From NCBI RefSeq assembly GCF_964213995.1, contig NW_027590179.1:62001-126000 (forward strand): 64,000 nt of DNA, written 5' to 3'. This DNA comes from Mustelus asterias. Taxonomy: Eukaryota. The notes under the pieces are model-generated. The model was not told where the DNA came from and searched no databases. It saw nothing but the letters and a program-made list of their open reading frames with translations. Shown here one piece after another: positions 23,224 to 38,024 of the stretch. Positions within the stretch are counted from its first letter, which is position 1. Each line of letters begins with the position of its first letter. A program made the translations under genes and the position numbers.

Positions 23224-23939
23224 CGTTTGGGACCTGAACCCACTGCAGTCCATGTTGTGCAGGTACATCCACCCTGCTGGTGGGGAGGGAATTGCAGGAT
23301 TTTGTCCCAGCGACTGCGAAGGAACGGCGATATATTTCCAAGTTAGGATGGTGAGTGGCTTGGAGAGGAGCTTGCAGCTGGTGGTGTTCCCATGTCTCAG
23401 CTACCCTGGTCCTTTTAGACGGAAGTGGTTGTGTGTTTGGAAGATGCTGAGGTGAATTTCTGGAGTGCATCTTGTAGCTAGTACGCACTGCTGCTTCTGA
23501 GCGTCAGTGGTCAGAGCTTGTTCCCCATTGTTCAGAATGGAGACAACCTGTCCATCAAACTGCATCAACCCTCTGAGTCCCAATGTCTTATTGATCCGAC
23601 AGAGCGGTGGCATAGAAGGAAAGAAAAGGAAGCAAATCCTGCTCTCCGGATCCCACTCCCTCATGAGACATCCGAGTCCCATAGAATTCCTACAGAGCAG
23701 AAGGAGGTCATTTGGCCTTTCGAGTTTGCAATGACTCTCTGACAGAGCATCTTACTCCTGCTCTAACCCCGTAACCCCACACGTATACCCCACCAATCCC
23801 CCTAACCTGCACATCTTTGGACACTAAGGGGCAATTTAGAATGGCGAATCCACCTAACCGCACATCTTTGGGCTGTGTGTTTATAGATCAGCAGTCACAT
23901 GAAGACCCATGGCAGAAACTCACAACCCTAAGAAGACAC

Positions 23940-24390
23940 GGGTGACGCAGTGGCAGAATGGTTAGTATTACTGCCTCACAGCACCAGGGACCCGGGTTTG
24001 ATTCCAGTCTTGGGTGACTTAAGTTAAATTTATTTATTAGTGCCACAATAGGCTTACATTAACACTGCAATGAAGTTACTGTGAAAATCTGTGACATTTA
24101 CACGTTCTCCTCGTCGCAACATAAATGTGTTCACACTGCGTGGGTTTCCTCCGGGTGCTCCGAATTCCCCCCCACAGTCCAAAGATGTGCAGGTTAGGTG
24201 GATTGACCATGATAAATTTCCCCTTAATGTCCCAAGATGTGGAGATAAGGGGGCTTAGTTAAGATAAATATGTGAGGCTATGGGGATAGGCTGGGCAAGA
24301 GGGCCTGGGTAAAGTACTCTGTCAGAGAGTTGGTGTAGACCCGATGGGTCGAATGGCCTCTTCCTGCACTGTAGGAATTCTATGATGATA
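23940..24390 (+). mobile_element. V-SINE containing an inverted alternative-tail fragment (~24020-24090)
   Basis: SINE head and body with tttatttattagtgccacaataggcttacattaacactgc inserted. Confidence 0.7.
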
Positions 24391-24903
24391 GATGTCATCT
24401 TCAAATCGAGGGACTGTTGACGATGACAAGCAAAGTGCAACCGGGAGTTAGTGTGGATATCCTGGCCGTGGGAGATTCTATTAAAATCCTGGATTATTTG
24501 TACAAATATAAAATCCCTCTCCTCTGTTTCTGCTCCCAAATCCTCTCTCACGCTCTTCCTCTCATAGAGGACAGAGTCTTGTGCAGACCCAGACCAGGTG
24601 GCAGCTTCCCTTCCCTGAATGACATTAGTGAATCAGTTGGGTTTTTATGACAATTCAGCAGCTTTCATAGTCACTTATTCCTCGTGCCGACCCCACAAAA
24701 TACCAGATTCATTCAGCGCAATTTTACAATCTGCCTTTGTGTTTTTGTGGGTTCTCTCTCGCTTATTTTTTTCTTTTTTAAATCAATTTTATAGGGTCTT
24801 CAAAGGGGAAGGTTTGTATTCGGGAAACAAGAAACCAAACATCACATCAGGATCCGACAAAGTTTCCCAAGTTATTGTAACTGAATATCATCGAGTATTG
24901 AAC

Positions 24904-25605
24904 ATGGAAGGAAAAAGCACCGTTCAGAGTGGGGAGAAACCGTACACCTGTTCTGTGTGTGGACGAGGCTTCAGTCGATCCTCAGGCTTGTCGCAACATA
25001 AATGTCTTCACACTGGGAAGAAACCATGGAAACCTAGGGATTGTGAGGAGTCATTTCGTTACCCATCTCAGCTGGAAATTCATCAACACACACACACTGG
25101 GGAGAAACCATTGACTTGCTCCGAGTGTGGGAAGGGATTCAGTGATTTATCCAGCCTGCTGAGACACCGGCGAGTTCACACTGGGGAGAGGCCATTCAGC
25201 TGTACTGTGTGTGGGAAAGGATTCAATGATTTATCCAACCTGTTGAAGCACCAGCGAACTCACGCTTTGGAGAAACCATTCACCTGCCCCAAGTGTGGGA
25301 AAGGATTCACTGATTCATCCAACATGTTGAGACATCAGCGAGTTCAAGCAGACAAGAGACCATTTAAATGTCAGGAGTGTGGGAAGGGCTTTAAAGGTTC
25401 TGAGGATCTGATTGGCCATCAGCGAGTTCACTCTGACGAGAGACTGTTCAGGTGCTCCAGCTGTGGGACTGGGTTCAGGCAGTCATCTGAACTCACTGTA
25501 CACCAGCGCACTCACACCAAGAAAAGACCATTCACCTGCTCCGAATGTGGAAAGGGATTCACTCGGTCATCCTACCTGCTGAGACACCAGCATCTTCATG
25601 TGTAA
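24904..25605 (+). CDS. C2H2 zinc-finger protein (8 finger units, 2 degenerate), MEGKS-type N-terminus
   Basis: AACATGG start; acceptor tttatAG at ~24795; first finger intact with CGA where paralogs have TGA. Confidence 0.75.
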   Translation: MEGKSTVQSGEKPYTCSVCGRGFSRSSGLSQHKCLHTGKKPWKPRDCEESFRYPSQLEIHQHTHTGEKPLTCSECGKGFSDLSSLLRHRRVHTGERPFSCTVCGKGFNDLSNLLKHQRTHALEKPFTCPKCGKGFTDSSNMLRHQRVQADKRPFKCQECGKGFKGSEDLIGHQRVHSDERLFRCSSCGTGFRQSSELTVHQRTHTKKRPFTCSECGKGFTRSSYLLRHQHLHV

Positions 25606-25859
25606 CTACAGTGACTGGATTTTGCTGTTAATCACATCCAGGACTGAACCGTGTTCATTGGGGTCTGTTTCTGCTCCTATTTCTAAACTCAAGCCCAGAT
25701 ACAGGGGCTAATATTTTTGCTTTGAAAAAATAGTTTGTGTAAAGTACACTGTGCTGAATCTTTTTAATAGCTGTTACAAATTAGTTCCTTTTGAAATTCT
25801 CACCCTCTCCCCTGTCTCCTCCATCCTCACCTCCAACAACAAGTGAGGAGTTTTTTGTC

Positions 25860-27268
<1,409 letters not shown>

Positions 27269-27352
27269 TAAAAGGAGTTTACAGAAGTTATCAGTATAAA
27301 TAGAGGATAGAAATTCAGAGCAGACAATTCTAGTTTCTGTGGAAGCTTTCAA

Positions 27353-30300
27353 GGGAACATAGGAATTAGGAGCAGAAGTCGGTAAACTCAGCTCTTCGAG
27401 CCTGTTCCACCATTCAATCAGATCATGGCTGATCTCTCCCTGGTCTCAAATCCACCTCCCCACCTGTTTATACTCCAGATTCTTTACAATAAATACCAAC
27501 ATCCCATTTGCCTTTTTTATGACATGCTGCACCTGCAGACTGACTTTGTGATTCATGAACATAGACACCCAGATCCCTCTGCCTGGACACATTTTGAATC
27601 TGCTTTCCATTTAGATAATTAGCCTTTCCATTTTTTTCTGTCAGTGGATAACCTCACACTTATCCACACTAAACTCCATCTGCCAAACTTTCACCCATTC
27701 TCCTAACGTATCTATATCCATCCGTGGAATCTTTATATCCTCTTCACTGACTGCTTTCCCACCTATTTTAGTATCATTTTGCTATGTTACACTCTGTCCC
27801 TGCTTGCAGATCATTTATATAGATTGTAAAGAGTTGAGGTCTGAGGACTGATCCCTGCAGCACCCCATTAGTTACATTTTGCCAGCCAGAGAAGGACCCA
27901 TTTATCCCGACCCTCTGCTTTCTGTCAGTCAGCCAATCCTCAATCCAATCCAGTACCATACCCCCAATCCCCTGCGATCTCAACTTCTGGATTAGTCTTT
28001 CATGTAGCACCTTGTCAAACGACTTCTGGAAGTCTATGTATACCACATCCACAGGTTCCCCACTATCCACCTTGCTGGTTCTGTCCTCAAAGAATTCAAG
28101 CAAGCTTGTCAAACATGACTTACCCTGAATAAAACCATGCTGACAATAATGGATTGAGCTTTGCCATTCCAAATAATAACATAAGAAATAGGAGCAGGAG
28201 TAGGCCATCTCGCCCCTCGAGCCTGCCCCGCCATTCAATAAGATCATGGCTGATCTGATAGTGGTTTAGTTCCACTTACCCACCCGCTCCCCATAACCCT
28301 TAATTCCCTTATTGATCAGAGATCTATCTACCTGTGACTTCAACATATTTAACGAGGTAGCCTCCACTGCTTCAATGGGCAGAGAATTCCAGAGATTCAC
28401 TACCCTCTGAGAGAAGAAGTTCCTCCTCAACTCTGTTCTAAACTGACTCCCCCTTATTTTGAGGCTGTGTCCTCTAGTTCTTGTTTCCTTTCTAAGTGGA
28501 AGGAATCTCTCTGCCTCTACCCTATCCAGCCCCTTCATTATCTTATATGTCTCTATAAGATCTCCCCTCAGCCTTCTAAACTCCAATGAGTACAGGCCCA
28601 ATCTACTCAATCTCTCCTCATAAGCTAACTTCCTCATCTCCGGTATCAACCTGGTGAACCTTCTCTGTACTCCCTCCAAGGCCAATACATCCTTCCGCAA
28701 ATAAGGGGACCAAAATTGCACACAGTACTCTAGTTGCGGCCTCACCAGTACCTTGTACAATTGCAGCAAGACCTCCCTGCTTTTATACTCCATCCCTCTT
28801 GCGATAAAGGCCAACATTCCATTTGTCTTCTTGATCACCTGCTGCACCTGCAAACTGAGTTTTTGCGATTCATGCACAAGGACCCCCAGGTCCCTCTGCA
28901 CAGTAGCATGTTGTAATTTTCTACCATTTAAATAATAGTCCATTTTACTATTATTCCTTCCAAAGCGGATAACCTCACACTTGTCAACGTTATACTCCAT
29001 CTGCCAGATCCTCGCCCACTCACTTAGCCTATCCAAATCTCTCTGCAGACTTTCCACATCCTCCACGCAATTCGCTTTCCCACTCATCTTTGTGTCATCC
29101 ACAAACTTTGTTACCCTACACTCGGTCCTCTCCTCCAGATCGTCTATGTATATGGTAAATAGTTGAGGCCCCAGCACCGATCCCTGCGGCACGCCACTGG
29201 TCACCAACTGCCAACCAGAAAAGCACCCATTTATTCCAACTCTCTGCTTCCTATTAGATAGCCAATCCCCAATCCACGCCAACACCTTACCCCTAACTCC
29301 GTGTACCCCAGTCTTCTTCAGCAACCTTTTGTGAGGCACCTTATCGAACGCCTTCTGGAAATTCAAAAACACCACATCCACCGGTTCCCCTCTGTCAACT
29401 GCACTCGTTACATCTTCATAAAAATCCAGTAAATTCGTCAAACACGACTTTCCCTTCATGAATCCATGCTGCGTCTGCTTGATCGAACCATTTTTTTCCA
29501 GGTGTCTGCTATTTCTTCTTTAATGATGGATTCCAGCAATTTCCCAACTACAGACGTTAAGCTAACCGGCCTGTAGTTACCCGCCTTTTGTCTACCTCCT
29601 TTTTAAAACAGTGGCGTCACATTAGCTGTTTTCCAATCAGCCGGCACTTCCCCAGAGTCCAGCGAATTTTGATAAATTACAACCAATGCATCCGCTATTA
29701 CTTCTGCCATTTCTTTCAGTACCCTGGGATGCATTCCATCCGGGCCCAGGGACTTGTCTACCTTTAGTCCCATTAGCCTACCAAACACTACCTCTTTAGT
29801 AATAGTAATCGTTTTAAGGACCTCGCCCCCTACAGTCCCACGACCGTCAATTTTCGGTAAGCTATTTGTGTCCTCTACCGTGAAGACCGACACAAAAAAC
29901 TTGTTTAAGGCTTCGGCCATTTCCTCGTTTCCCATTATTAAATCCCCCTTCTCGTCTTCTCAGGGTCCAACATTTACTTTAGCTACTCTTTTCCTTTTTA
30001 TATATTTGTAAAAACTTTTACTATCAGTTTTTATATTTTGTGCCAGTTTAGTTTCATAATCTATCTTTCCTTTCTTTATTGCTTTCTTAGTAGTTCTTTG
30101 TTGTTTTTTAAAGCTTTCCCAATCTTCTAGTTCCCCACTAGTTTTGGCCACTCTGTACGCATCGGTTTTTAATTTAATACTCTCCTTTATTTCCTTAGTT
30201 ATCCACGGCTGGTTATCCTTTTTCTTACATTCCTTCTCCTTCATCTCCTCCTTAACGATTGATTCCAGCAACCTCCTCACTGCAGAGGGCAAGTGAACTT

Positions 30301-30700
30301 GCCTTTGGTTTCCTACTTCTTTTCCCTCTCCCTTTTTGAATAAGGGATTACATTAGCATGTTTCCAATCCACCGGGACCTCACCAGAATCCAAGGAATTT
30401 TGAAATATCACAACTAATGCATCCACTATTTCTGCTGCCACCTCCTTTAATACCTAAGGGTGCAGGTTATCAGGTCCCAGAGACTTATCTGCCTTTAATC
30501 CTTTTAGTTATTGTACCAAGTTCCTCTACATTAACGACAATTTTTGGAAATTCTTCATGATTCTCTACCATGAAGACAGAGGCAAAATATTGGTTTAGTG
30601 TCTCTGCCATCTCTGCGTTCCCCATCATCAGTATTGTCCTCTAAAGGACCAACATTTACTTTAGCTATTCTCTTCCTCTTTGTATACTTATAGTTCCCCC
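27353..30700 (-). mobile_element. Nested CR1 LINE fragments (younger 28178-30230 inside an older copy)
   Basis: RT ORFs 28266-29459, 29603-29935, 27774-28247; two separate CR1 3' tails. Confidence 0.88.
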
Positions 30701-30984
30701 ATATATACTTCCCCAGATCTGTAACTGTGTCCCACACACTCCTCTCCCTCTCTGCTCATTGCTCCAGATTCAGTCTGATTCTCTCTCCTCCTGTCCTTAA
30801 ACTGGTGACTCAGGCTGTGGGTCCATTCCTTCACTCTCATCCCAACAAATTATGCAGCTCACAACAACAAATCAACTTTAATGACTTTATAACTGATTTT
30901 AAATACCCGGAAATGATCACTTTTTCCCAGATGGGCCTTTGCTCCAGGTTGTGATTCCACAACAATGAAAAGAGAGGCTCCGCT

Positions 30985-31150
30985 GGGTGGCTGGAGGACC
31001 GAGAGGGAGCATCTGGAGGACCAAGCGGGAGTGGCTGGTCCTCCAACCAATCGGAGTGAATGAGGGGCGGGGCTGGAAAGGAGCAGCTGGTCCTCCAACC
31101 AATTGGAGTGAATGAGGGGCGGGGCTGGAGGACCGAGAGGGAGCGGAGTG
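30985..31150 (-). promoter_or_regulatory. GC-box/CCAAT tandem promoter repeat of the minus-strand ZNF pseudogene
   Basis: Reverse complement of the 60-bp unit at 61462-61655; 30720-31150 is paralogous to 61460-61880. Confidence 0.65.
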
Positions 31151-31202
31151 CCCCCTCCAGTCCTGCTCCAGACTCTGGAATCTTGTGCCTTCATTCACTT
31201 GT

Positions 31203-31525
31203 TAGAATCATCGAATCCTACAGTGCAGAAGGAGGCCATTCAGCCCATCGAGTCTGCACTGACCACAATCCCACCCAGGCCCTATTCCCATAACCGCATG
31301 CATTTACCCTAGCTAGTCCCCCTGACACTAAGGGGCAATTTAGCACAGCCAATCCACCTAACCAGCACATCTTTAGGCTGTGGGAGGAAACCGGAGCACC
31401 CGGGGGAAACCTACACAGACACGGGGAGAATGTGCAAACTCCACACAGACAGTCACTCAAGCCCGGAATCGAACCTGGGCCCCTGGTGATGAGGCAACAG
31501 TGCTAACCACTGTGCCACCATGCCA
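31203..31525 (-). mobile_element. HE1-type V-SINE
   Basis: Head, V-domain, CR1 tail. Confidence 0.85.
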
Positions 31526-33449
31526 CTTGTCAAGTGTCTTGGATCGCAACCTTTCTTTTAATCAAAGTGTTTATTGTCCCTAACTGGATCCCCCCTCACA
31601 TCCCGGGGTCTGGTCAAGGATTGTAACAATAAGGGGGTGAAAATTTATCGGGGTAGGTGGGTATATGGAGTTGAGGTTACAATCAGATCAGACATTAGCT
31701 TATTGAATGGTAGACCAGACGCAAGGGGCCAAATGGCCGACTCCTCCGGCGCAACTTGTGAGTCGAAGAGCCTGTTTGTGCTGTAGTTTTTCTATGTTCT
31801 ATGCATGTATGTTCACTAATGTCGTTCAGGGAAGGAAATCTGCCATCCTTACCTGGTCTGGCCTACATGTGACACCAAAGCCACAGCAATGTGGTTGATT
31901 CTTAAATGCCCACCAAGGGCAACTAGGGATGGGCAATAAATGCTGTCCAGCCAACGATGACCATGTCCCACAAATGAATAAAAAAATGTTGCAATGAGAG
32001 CCATGCAGTTGGTATCAATGTATTTATATTGTTTTTTCTTATTTAAGGGGGGGGGAGGGGGGGGTGTTTAAAATTTCAGATTTATTCTGTAAGCAACCAG
32101 TGTGTCTGGAAAACATTTCGCTTCAGGTGTAAAAGCAAATTAGAACAGAAAGTCCAGTGGTTAGTTCAGAGCTTCCTTCTCCCCAGGTCTGTTCTAACAA
32201 ACTGTGTCCATCTGAGTTACATTTATACAAACTCACTCACTCAGGAAGTGATCAGATCTCACTGAACTACAACAACAACTTATATTTATGTAGAACTTTT
32301 CACTTAATAAAATATCCTAAGCAGTTTCATAGGAACAAAAGGATATATTGGGTCAGATGATCCAAAGAGATTGGTTATAAGGAGAGTCTTTAGGGAGGAA
32401 AGAGAAGTGGAAAGGTGGAGAGGTTTAGGGAGGAAATTCCAGAGCTCAGGGTCCAGGCAGCTGAAGGCACGGCCACCAACGGTGGGGTGATTTAAATCAG
32501 GGGTGAAGGACATCCGGGAAAGGACATCCGGGAACGGTGCTCCATGTGTGTGGCCCCATAGCCCAGGCTCAAGGCTCTAATCTGAACTTTGGGACGGAGT
32601 TTGACCGTCCCTGGTCTCAGAGAAAAACAGTTCCGCCGATAAACATCTTGTAAGATCCGTGTTTATTGATACTATAAAAAGTTGGGACTCGTCCAGTCCT
32701 CCTGTGGACTGGATGGGGATTGATTTTAACAGATTTAAACTCCTCTGGATTTCAATGTTAAAACTTGAATATGTTTTGGTTAAAAATGAAAATAAATATT
32801 GGAAAAGTGAACAGAACAAAAATGGGGAAACAGACACAATCCCCTTCATGTTCACTGAACATTCCTTCACCCACTCATCCACCCAGTGGCTCCCAGCCGG
32901 ATCGACAATCAGCACAAAGCCAGAGAGAGGGGGAGCTGGTCCTCGGGATGTAACAATGGACAAGGGCTGGAAGTTTACAGTTTATGGTCATGACCTGCTT
33001 GGAGGCAAGTCAGAGCCGTGCTTGAAGCTCCATGGAGGCAGACACTTTCTCCATGATAGACAGTCTCTGGAACCTCCACCAGCCCCACAACCCTCCGAGC
33101 TCCCTGCCCTCCTCCAATTAGGGAAGAAGGTGACACAGTGGTAATGTCGTTGATTGGATTCATTATTGTCACCTGTATTGGGATACTGTGAAAAGTATTG
33201 TTTCTTGCACAACATACAGACAAAAAACATACTGTTCATAGAGTACATCAGGGAGAAGGAAAGGAGACAGTGCAGAAAATAGTGTTAAAGTCATAGCTAG
33301 GGTGTAGAGAAAAGCTTAATGCAAAGTAGGTCCATTCAAGAGTCTGATAGCAGCAGAGAAGAAGGTGTTCTTGAGTCGGTTGGTCGGTGATCTCAGACTT
33401 GAGTGCTTTCTATGGTGCATCTGTAAAAGCTAATGAGAGTCGTAGCAGA

Positions 33450-33665
33450 CATAGAACAAAGAACAATACAGCACAGGAACAGGCCCTTCGGCCCTCCAAG
33501 CCCGTGCTGCTCCCTGGTCCAAACTAGACCATTCTTTTGTATCCCTCCATTCCCACTCCGTTCATGTGGCTATCTAGATAAGTCTTAAACGTTCCCAGTG
33601 TGTCCGCCTCTACCACCTTGCCTGGCAGCGCATTCCAGGCCCCCACCACCCTCTGTGTAAAATAC
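33450..33665 (-). mobile_element. CR1 3' end inserted in another LINE remnant (33135-33800)
   Basis: Closely similar to 48940-49160; (TTCTTTG) tail. Confidence 0.8.
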
Positions 33666-34566
33666 ATGCCAAATTTTCTTAGCCTCCTGAGAAAGCAGAG
33701 GTGTTGGTGGCCTTTCTTAACTATAGTGTTGGCGTGGAGGGACCAGGACAGGTTGTTGGTGATCTGGACACCTCAAATCATGAAGCTCTCAACCATTTCC
33801 ACTTCTGGAACAGACATCCAGAAGTCCAGCCCAATGCTCTGGGGACATGGGTTCAAATCCCCAATTCAATTAATGAACCTGGAATTCTAAAGCTAGTCTC
33901 AGTAATGATGTCCATGTTAGTTATCATCGATTGTTGTAAAACTTTACCAATGTCCTTTAGGGAAGGAAATCTGCCATCCTTATCTGGTCTGGCTTACGTG
34001 TGACTCTGGACTCACAGCAATGTGGTTGGGTCGAGGGCCGAGCAAGTCACTCAGTTCAGGGACAATAAGGGATGGGTAACAAGTTCTGGCCTTTCCAGTG
34101 ATGCCCACATCCCAGGAGACAATAAAATAAAATGTTCTGACCCTCTTCAGCTCCCCCAACCGGCTTCACTCCACCTGCACTTTCACCTGCTGAGGTCCTA
34201 AAGGATGGAAATCCCTCACTAAACCTGCTCCTTACCTTTTCAACCCAGCTTCTTACCGTATGTGAAGGGTCTCGGTACATTCTAACCTGTTACTGGGTAA
34301 ATACCAATTGTTGTCACCGCTTTTCATCTGAAAACTCAGGAATGCCACAAAAACATTTGGAAACTTCAGATCAGAGACATTTCAGACTGGAATAGTCACT
34401 TGTGGTCAGGAACAGCTCGCAGTTTTATATCAATCTGATTTCAGAGCATGCTTTGTAAACAATCACTATCTAATAATCTTCATCAAATGTAAAAAAGTTC
34501 CTTGAAAATTAACAGAACAGCACTCTCTGTCCCTCCCTCTCTCCCTCACAAGGCTTCATTCTATGA

Positions 34567-35037
34567 TCATCTTGCTGGTGCCAGTACAGAGCGAGACTGC
34601 GGATAGTTGGGAACCTGTCTCGGGGGCAGGGAATTCATATGGTGTTCGTGGAAGTGGAAATGACTAGGGTTGGGAAGCATTTCCCGATCAGGGCCATTGT
34701 GATCTCCTGGACTCGTTTCGATCGCCTCAGGGGGTCGGAGAGGAATTTCCCAGATTTTTTTTTCCCCATATTGGCCCTGGGGTTTTTCACTCTGGGTTTT
34801 CGCCTCTCCCTGGATATCACATGGTCTGGAATGGGGGGGTGGGGGTGAGTTAATAGGTTGTAATGAACAAAGCATCGTAGCTGTGAGGGACAGCTCGGTG
34901 GATAGGATATTGGTATGTAGATAGGCTGGAAAATTGGACGGGGATCCTGGATTCACGATTCAATCCTGGACCGGGGAGCGGCGCGGGCTTGGAGGGCCGA
35001 AGGGCCTGTTCCTGTGCTGTATTGTTCTTTGTTCTTA
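34567..35037 (+). mobile_element. Non-coding element with CR1-type 3' tail
   Basis: Ends ggagggccgaagggcctgttcctgtgctgtattgttctttgttct; short tatga duplication at the flanks. Confidence 0.6.
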
Positions 35038-35175
35038 TGAAGAAAGCTTCCACAGCAGCTTGCTGGGTGACAAACCCAGAATGGACCTGTTTTCTCTATC
35101 CAGATAAGGAGCTCTGATCCATGGAAGAGAGCGGCTGAACACATTTCTTTCACACCTCAGGATTAACCCACATGT

Positions 35176-36156
35176 TCAGTCCTCAATGTGATTAACAGCA
35201 GCAAAAGCAGTTGAATCCAACCCCTGCAGACACTCATGAAGTTGCTGGTGTCTGAGCATTTGCTGTAAGTCAGTGAATACATTCCCACACTCGGAACAGG
35301 TGAACAGTCTCTCTCCAGTGTGAACTTGCTCGTGTATCATTAGATCGCTGCTACTTTTAATGTTCCGCTCATAATCAAAATATTTATAATGTTTTATATC
35401 AGAGTGAATCCGCTGATGTTTCAACAGGTTGTATGACTGAGTGAATCCCTTCCCACACACAGAGCAGGTGAACGGTCTCTCCCCAGTGTGAACCCGCTGG
35501 TGCATCACGAGACTTTTGCTGCTTTTGAAGCTCTGCTCACAGTCAAAACATTGAAAAGGTTTTACATCGATGTGAATTTGCTGGTGTTTCAGTAGGTGGT
35601 ATGATTGAATGAAGTTCTTCCCACACACAGAGCAGGTGTATGGTCTCTCTCCAGTGTGAATTCGCTGGTGTACAGTGAGTTCTGATGATCGCCTGAACCC
35701 AGTCCCACAGTGAGAACATCTAAATGGTCTCTCGTCAGTGTGAACACGTTGATGACACGTCACTTCACTGGAGGTTTTGAAGCACTTCCCGCAGTCTGGA
35801 CATTTAAACGGTCTCTTGTCAGTGTGAACTCGCTGGTGTTTCTGCAGGTTGGATGTAGCAGTGAATCGCTTCCCACACAAGGAGCAGGTGAATGGCTTCT
35901 CCTCACTGTGAATGTGTTGGTGCCTCAGCAGATACTTTTTGCTTTTAAATGTTTTCTCACAGTCAGAACATTTGAAAGGTGTCTGATCAGTGTGAACATA
36001 CTGGTGTGTCAGCAGGCTGGATGACTGAGTGAATCCCTTCCCACAGGTGGAGCAGGTGAACGGCCTCTCCCCAGTGTGAGCGCGTCGATGCATTTCCAGT
36101 TCAGAAGGGTAACTGTATCCTTTCCCACAATCCCCACATTTCCATGGTTTCTCCAT
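35176..36156 (-). CDS. Tandem C2H2 zinc-finger protein (11 finger units, one degenerate) with C-terminal LQGLDSTAFAAVNHIED
   Basis: GCACCATGG start; open ORF; acceptor ttttacAG at ~36510. Confidence 0.85.
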   Translation of the reverse strand: MEKPWKCGDCGKGYSYPSELEMHRRAHTGERPFTCSTCGKGFTQSSSLLTHQYVHTDQTPFKCSDCEKTFKSKKYLLRHQHIHSEEKPFTCSLCGKRFTATSNLQKHQRVHTDKRPFKCPDCGKCFKTSSEVTCHQRVHTDERPFRCSHCGTGFRRSSELTVHQRIHTGERPYTCSVCGKNFIQSYHLLKHQQIHIDVKPFQCFDCEQSFKSSKSLVMHQRVHTGERPFTCSVCGKGFTQSYNLLKHQRIHSDIKHYKYFDYERNIKSSSDLMIHEQVHTGERLFTCSECGNVFTDLQQMLRHQQLHECLQGLDSTAFAAVNHIED

Positions 36157-36597
36157 GGTGCCGGTGTCCTTGTGTCGCTCCAGGTTGGACACTCAGTTGA
36201 ATCCTCGTCCACACACAGAACCTGTGCACGGTTTCTCCTTGCTGTGAATGGTGTGATATTTTTTCAGGCTGTGTAACTGGTTAAAGCTCTTTCCATTGTC
36301 AGTTCACAGAAATACTCTCTCAGGTATTTGTGTGTGTCTCAGTGCTTTTCCAGTCACACTGATGTTTGAAATCTTTTCCCACAGACAGAACAAACATTTC
36401 TCCTTCCACATTCAAAGGGCAATGATATTCAGACCCTGATGAATCGAGTGACTCTGTCAGATCTCAATGTGATGTCTGTTTCTGTCTGTAATTCCTCCTT
36501 TCCAATATTCTGTAAAACAGTTTACAAAAGTCATCAGTCAGTCCAGGATAGAAATTTTGAACAATTTTAGTTTCTCTGGAACATTTTTTCCTCTCTT

Positions 36598-37195
36598 GCT
36601 TGCCTTCATTGGCCAGGGCATCAAGTATAAAAGTTAGCAAGATGTGTTACAGCTGTATAAAACTTTAGTTAGGCCACATTTGGAGTATTACATGCAGTTC
36701 TGGTCGCCACACTACCCGAAGGACGTGGATGCTTTGGAGAGAGTATAAAGAAGGTTTACCAGATGTTGCCCAGTCTAGAGGGTTTAAGGTATGAAAAGAG
36801 GTTGGATAAACCTGGATTGTTTTCACTGGAAAGACGGAGACTGAGGGGTGACCTGATAGAAATCTACAAAATTATGAGTTGCATAAATAGGGTGGATAGT
36901 CAGAGGCTTTTTCCCAGGGTGGAAGGGTTGACTACGAGAGGGCACAGGTTCAAGGTGAGGTGGGGAAAGTTTTTCACACAGAGGGTTGTGGGTGCCTGGA
37001 ACATGCTGCCAATGGAGGTTGTGGAAGCAGGCACGTTAGCAACGTTCAAGGCGTATGTTGATAGACACACAAATGGGAGACAAACAGAGGGATAGAATCC
37101 ATATAGGGACAATAAGTAGTGGGTGTAAATTAGGAATCAGCACAGGCTCGGTGGGCCAAAGGGCCTGTTCCTGTGCTGCATTGTTCTTTGTTCTC
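36598..37195 (+). mobile_element. CR1 3' fragment in ZNF intron (antisense)
   Basis: LFSLERRRLRGDLIE; CR1 tail. Confidence 0.85.
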
Positions 37196-37394
37196 CTAAA
37201 TCTGTAAATCCCCGTCCCACACACTCTCCCTCCTCCCTGGGCTGAAGTCCAAACCCTTCTCCACTATTTCTTTCCTCCACTCCCAGTTTTCTCCCTCCCT
37301 CTCCTCTGTCTGGGTTCAGTTCTCCAGCTCCTGTCTGCAGACTGACAATAAAACCAATGGGTCTTATTGGGAGGTTTGGAACCTCCTGCACTCA

Positions 37395-37700
37395 CCCGCC
37401 TGAGTCCAGATTCACAGCCACACCGCGCATGCTCCAGCTCACAATGGGCTGGGGAGTGATTGACGGGCAGGTCCGGACCAATAGGAAGAGGGTCAACCGG
37501 GTCCCGGATTGAATCAGGTCACCGGCCGCCATCTTGGGAGAGGAAGGCGTGTCTGTTGTTCAGGGAGCGGAGCGCGGGGACGGCCATCTTGGTAAGGGAG
37601 GGGGTGAGTGGGCGGGGTTCCTCCCCGTTGCCTGGGCCCGGGGTTACCCGGGCAACCGGCGGGCGCCGCCATCTTGAGGTGGTGGTTGTCCATCCGGGTG
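37395..37700 (-). promoter_or_regulatory. CpG promoter and first exon of ZNF 35176-36156
   Basis: GCCATCTTG three times (YY1-like), CCAAT, GC box, CGCGCATGC; donor ggcgg|GTGAGT at ~37394. Confidence 0.6.
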
Positions 37701-38024
37701 TTTAGTGAAGGGATGGACAATGAGCTGGAGCTGAGTTTGGAAAGTGTTCAGAGGAAGGTGTGAAATCAGATTGACAGCCAGATCTGTGTGAGAACTAGAA
37801 ACTCACATTCAGTATGTTTCTCAAAGCTCACCACAATGCTGCAAACACTCAGCTCATCAACAACAATCCTCTGGCATTGCAAATGTTAACTCTGTTTCTC
37901 TCTCTCCACAGAAGCTGCCAAAACCTGCTGAGGATTTCCACAACTTCCTGTTTTCAGTTCCCATTTCCAGAACTTTCTGTTTTTGGTTCCCATTTCCAGC
38001 TTCTCCGGTCTTTCACTGCGATTA

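Noticed and set aside
32659-33144. 161-aa ORF
   Set aside because: GTG start, no recognisable motif, mixed repeat-derived composition
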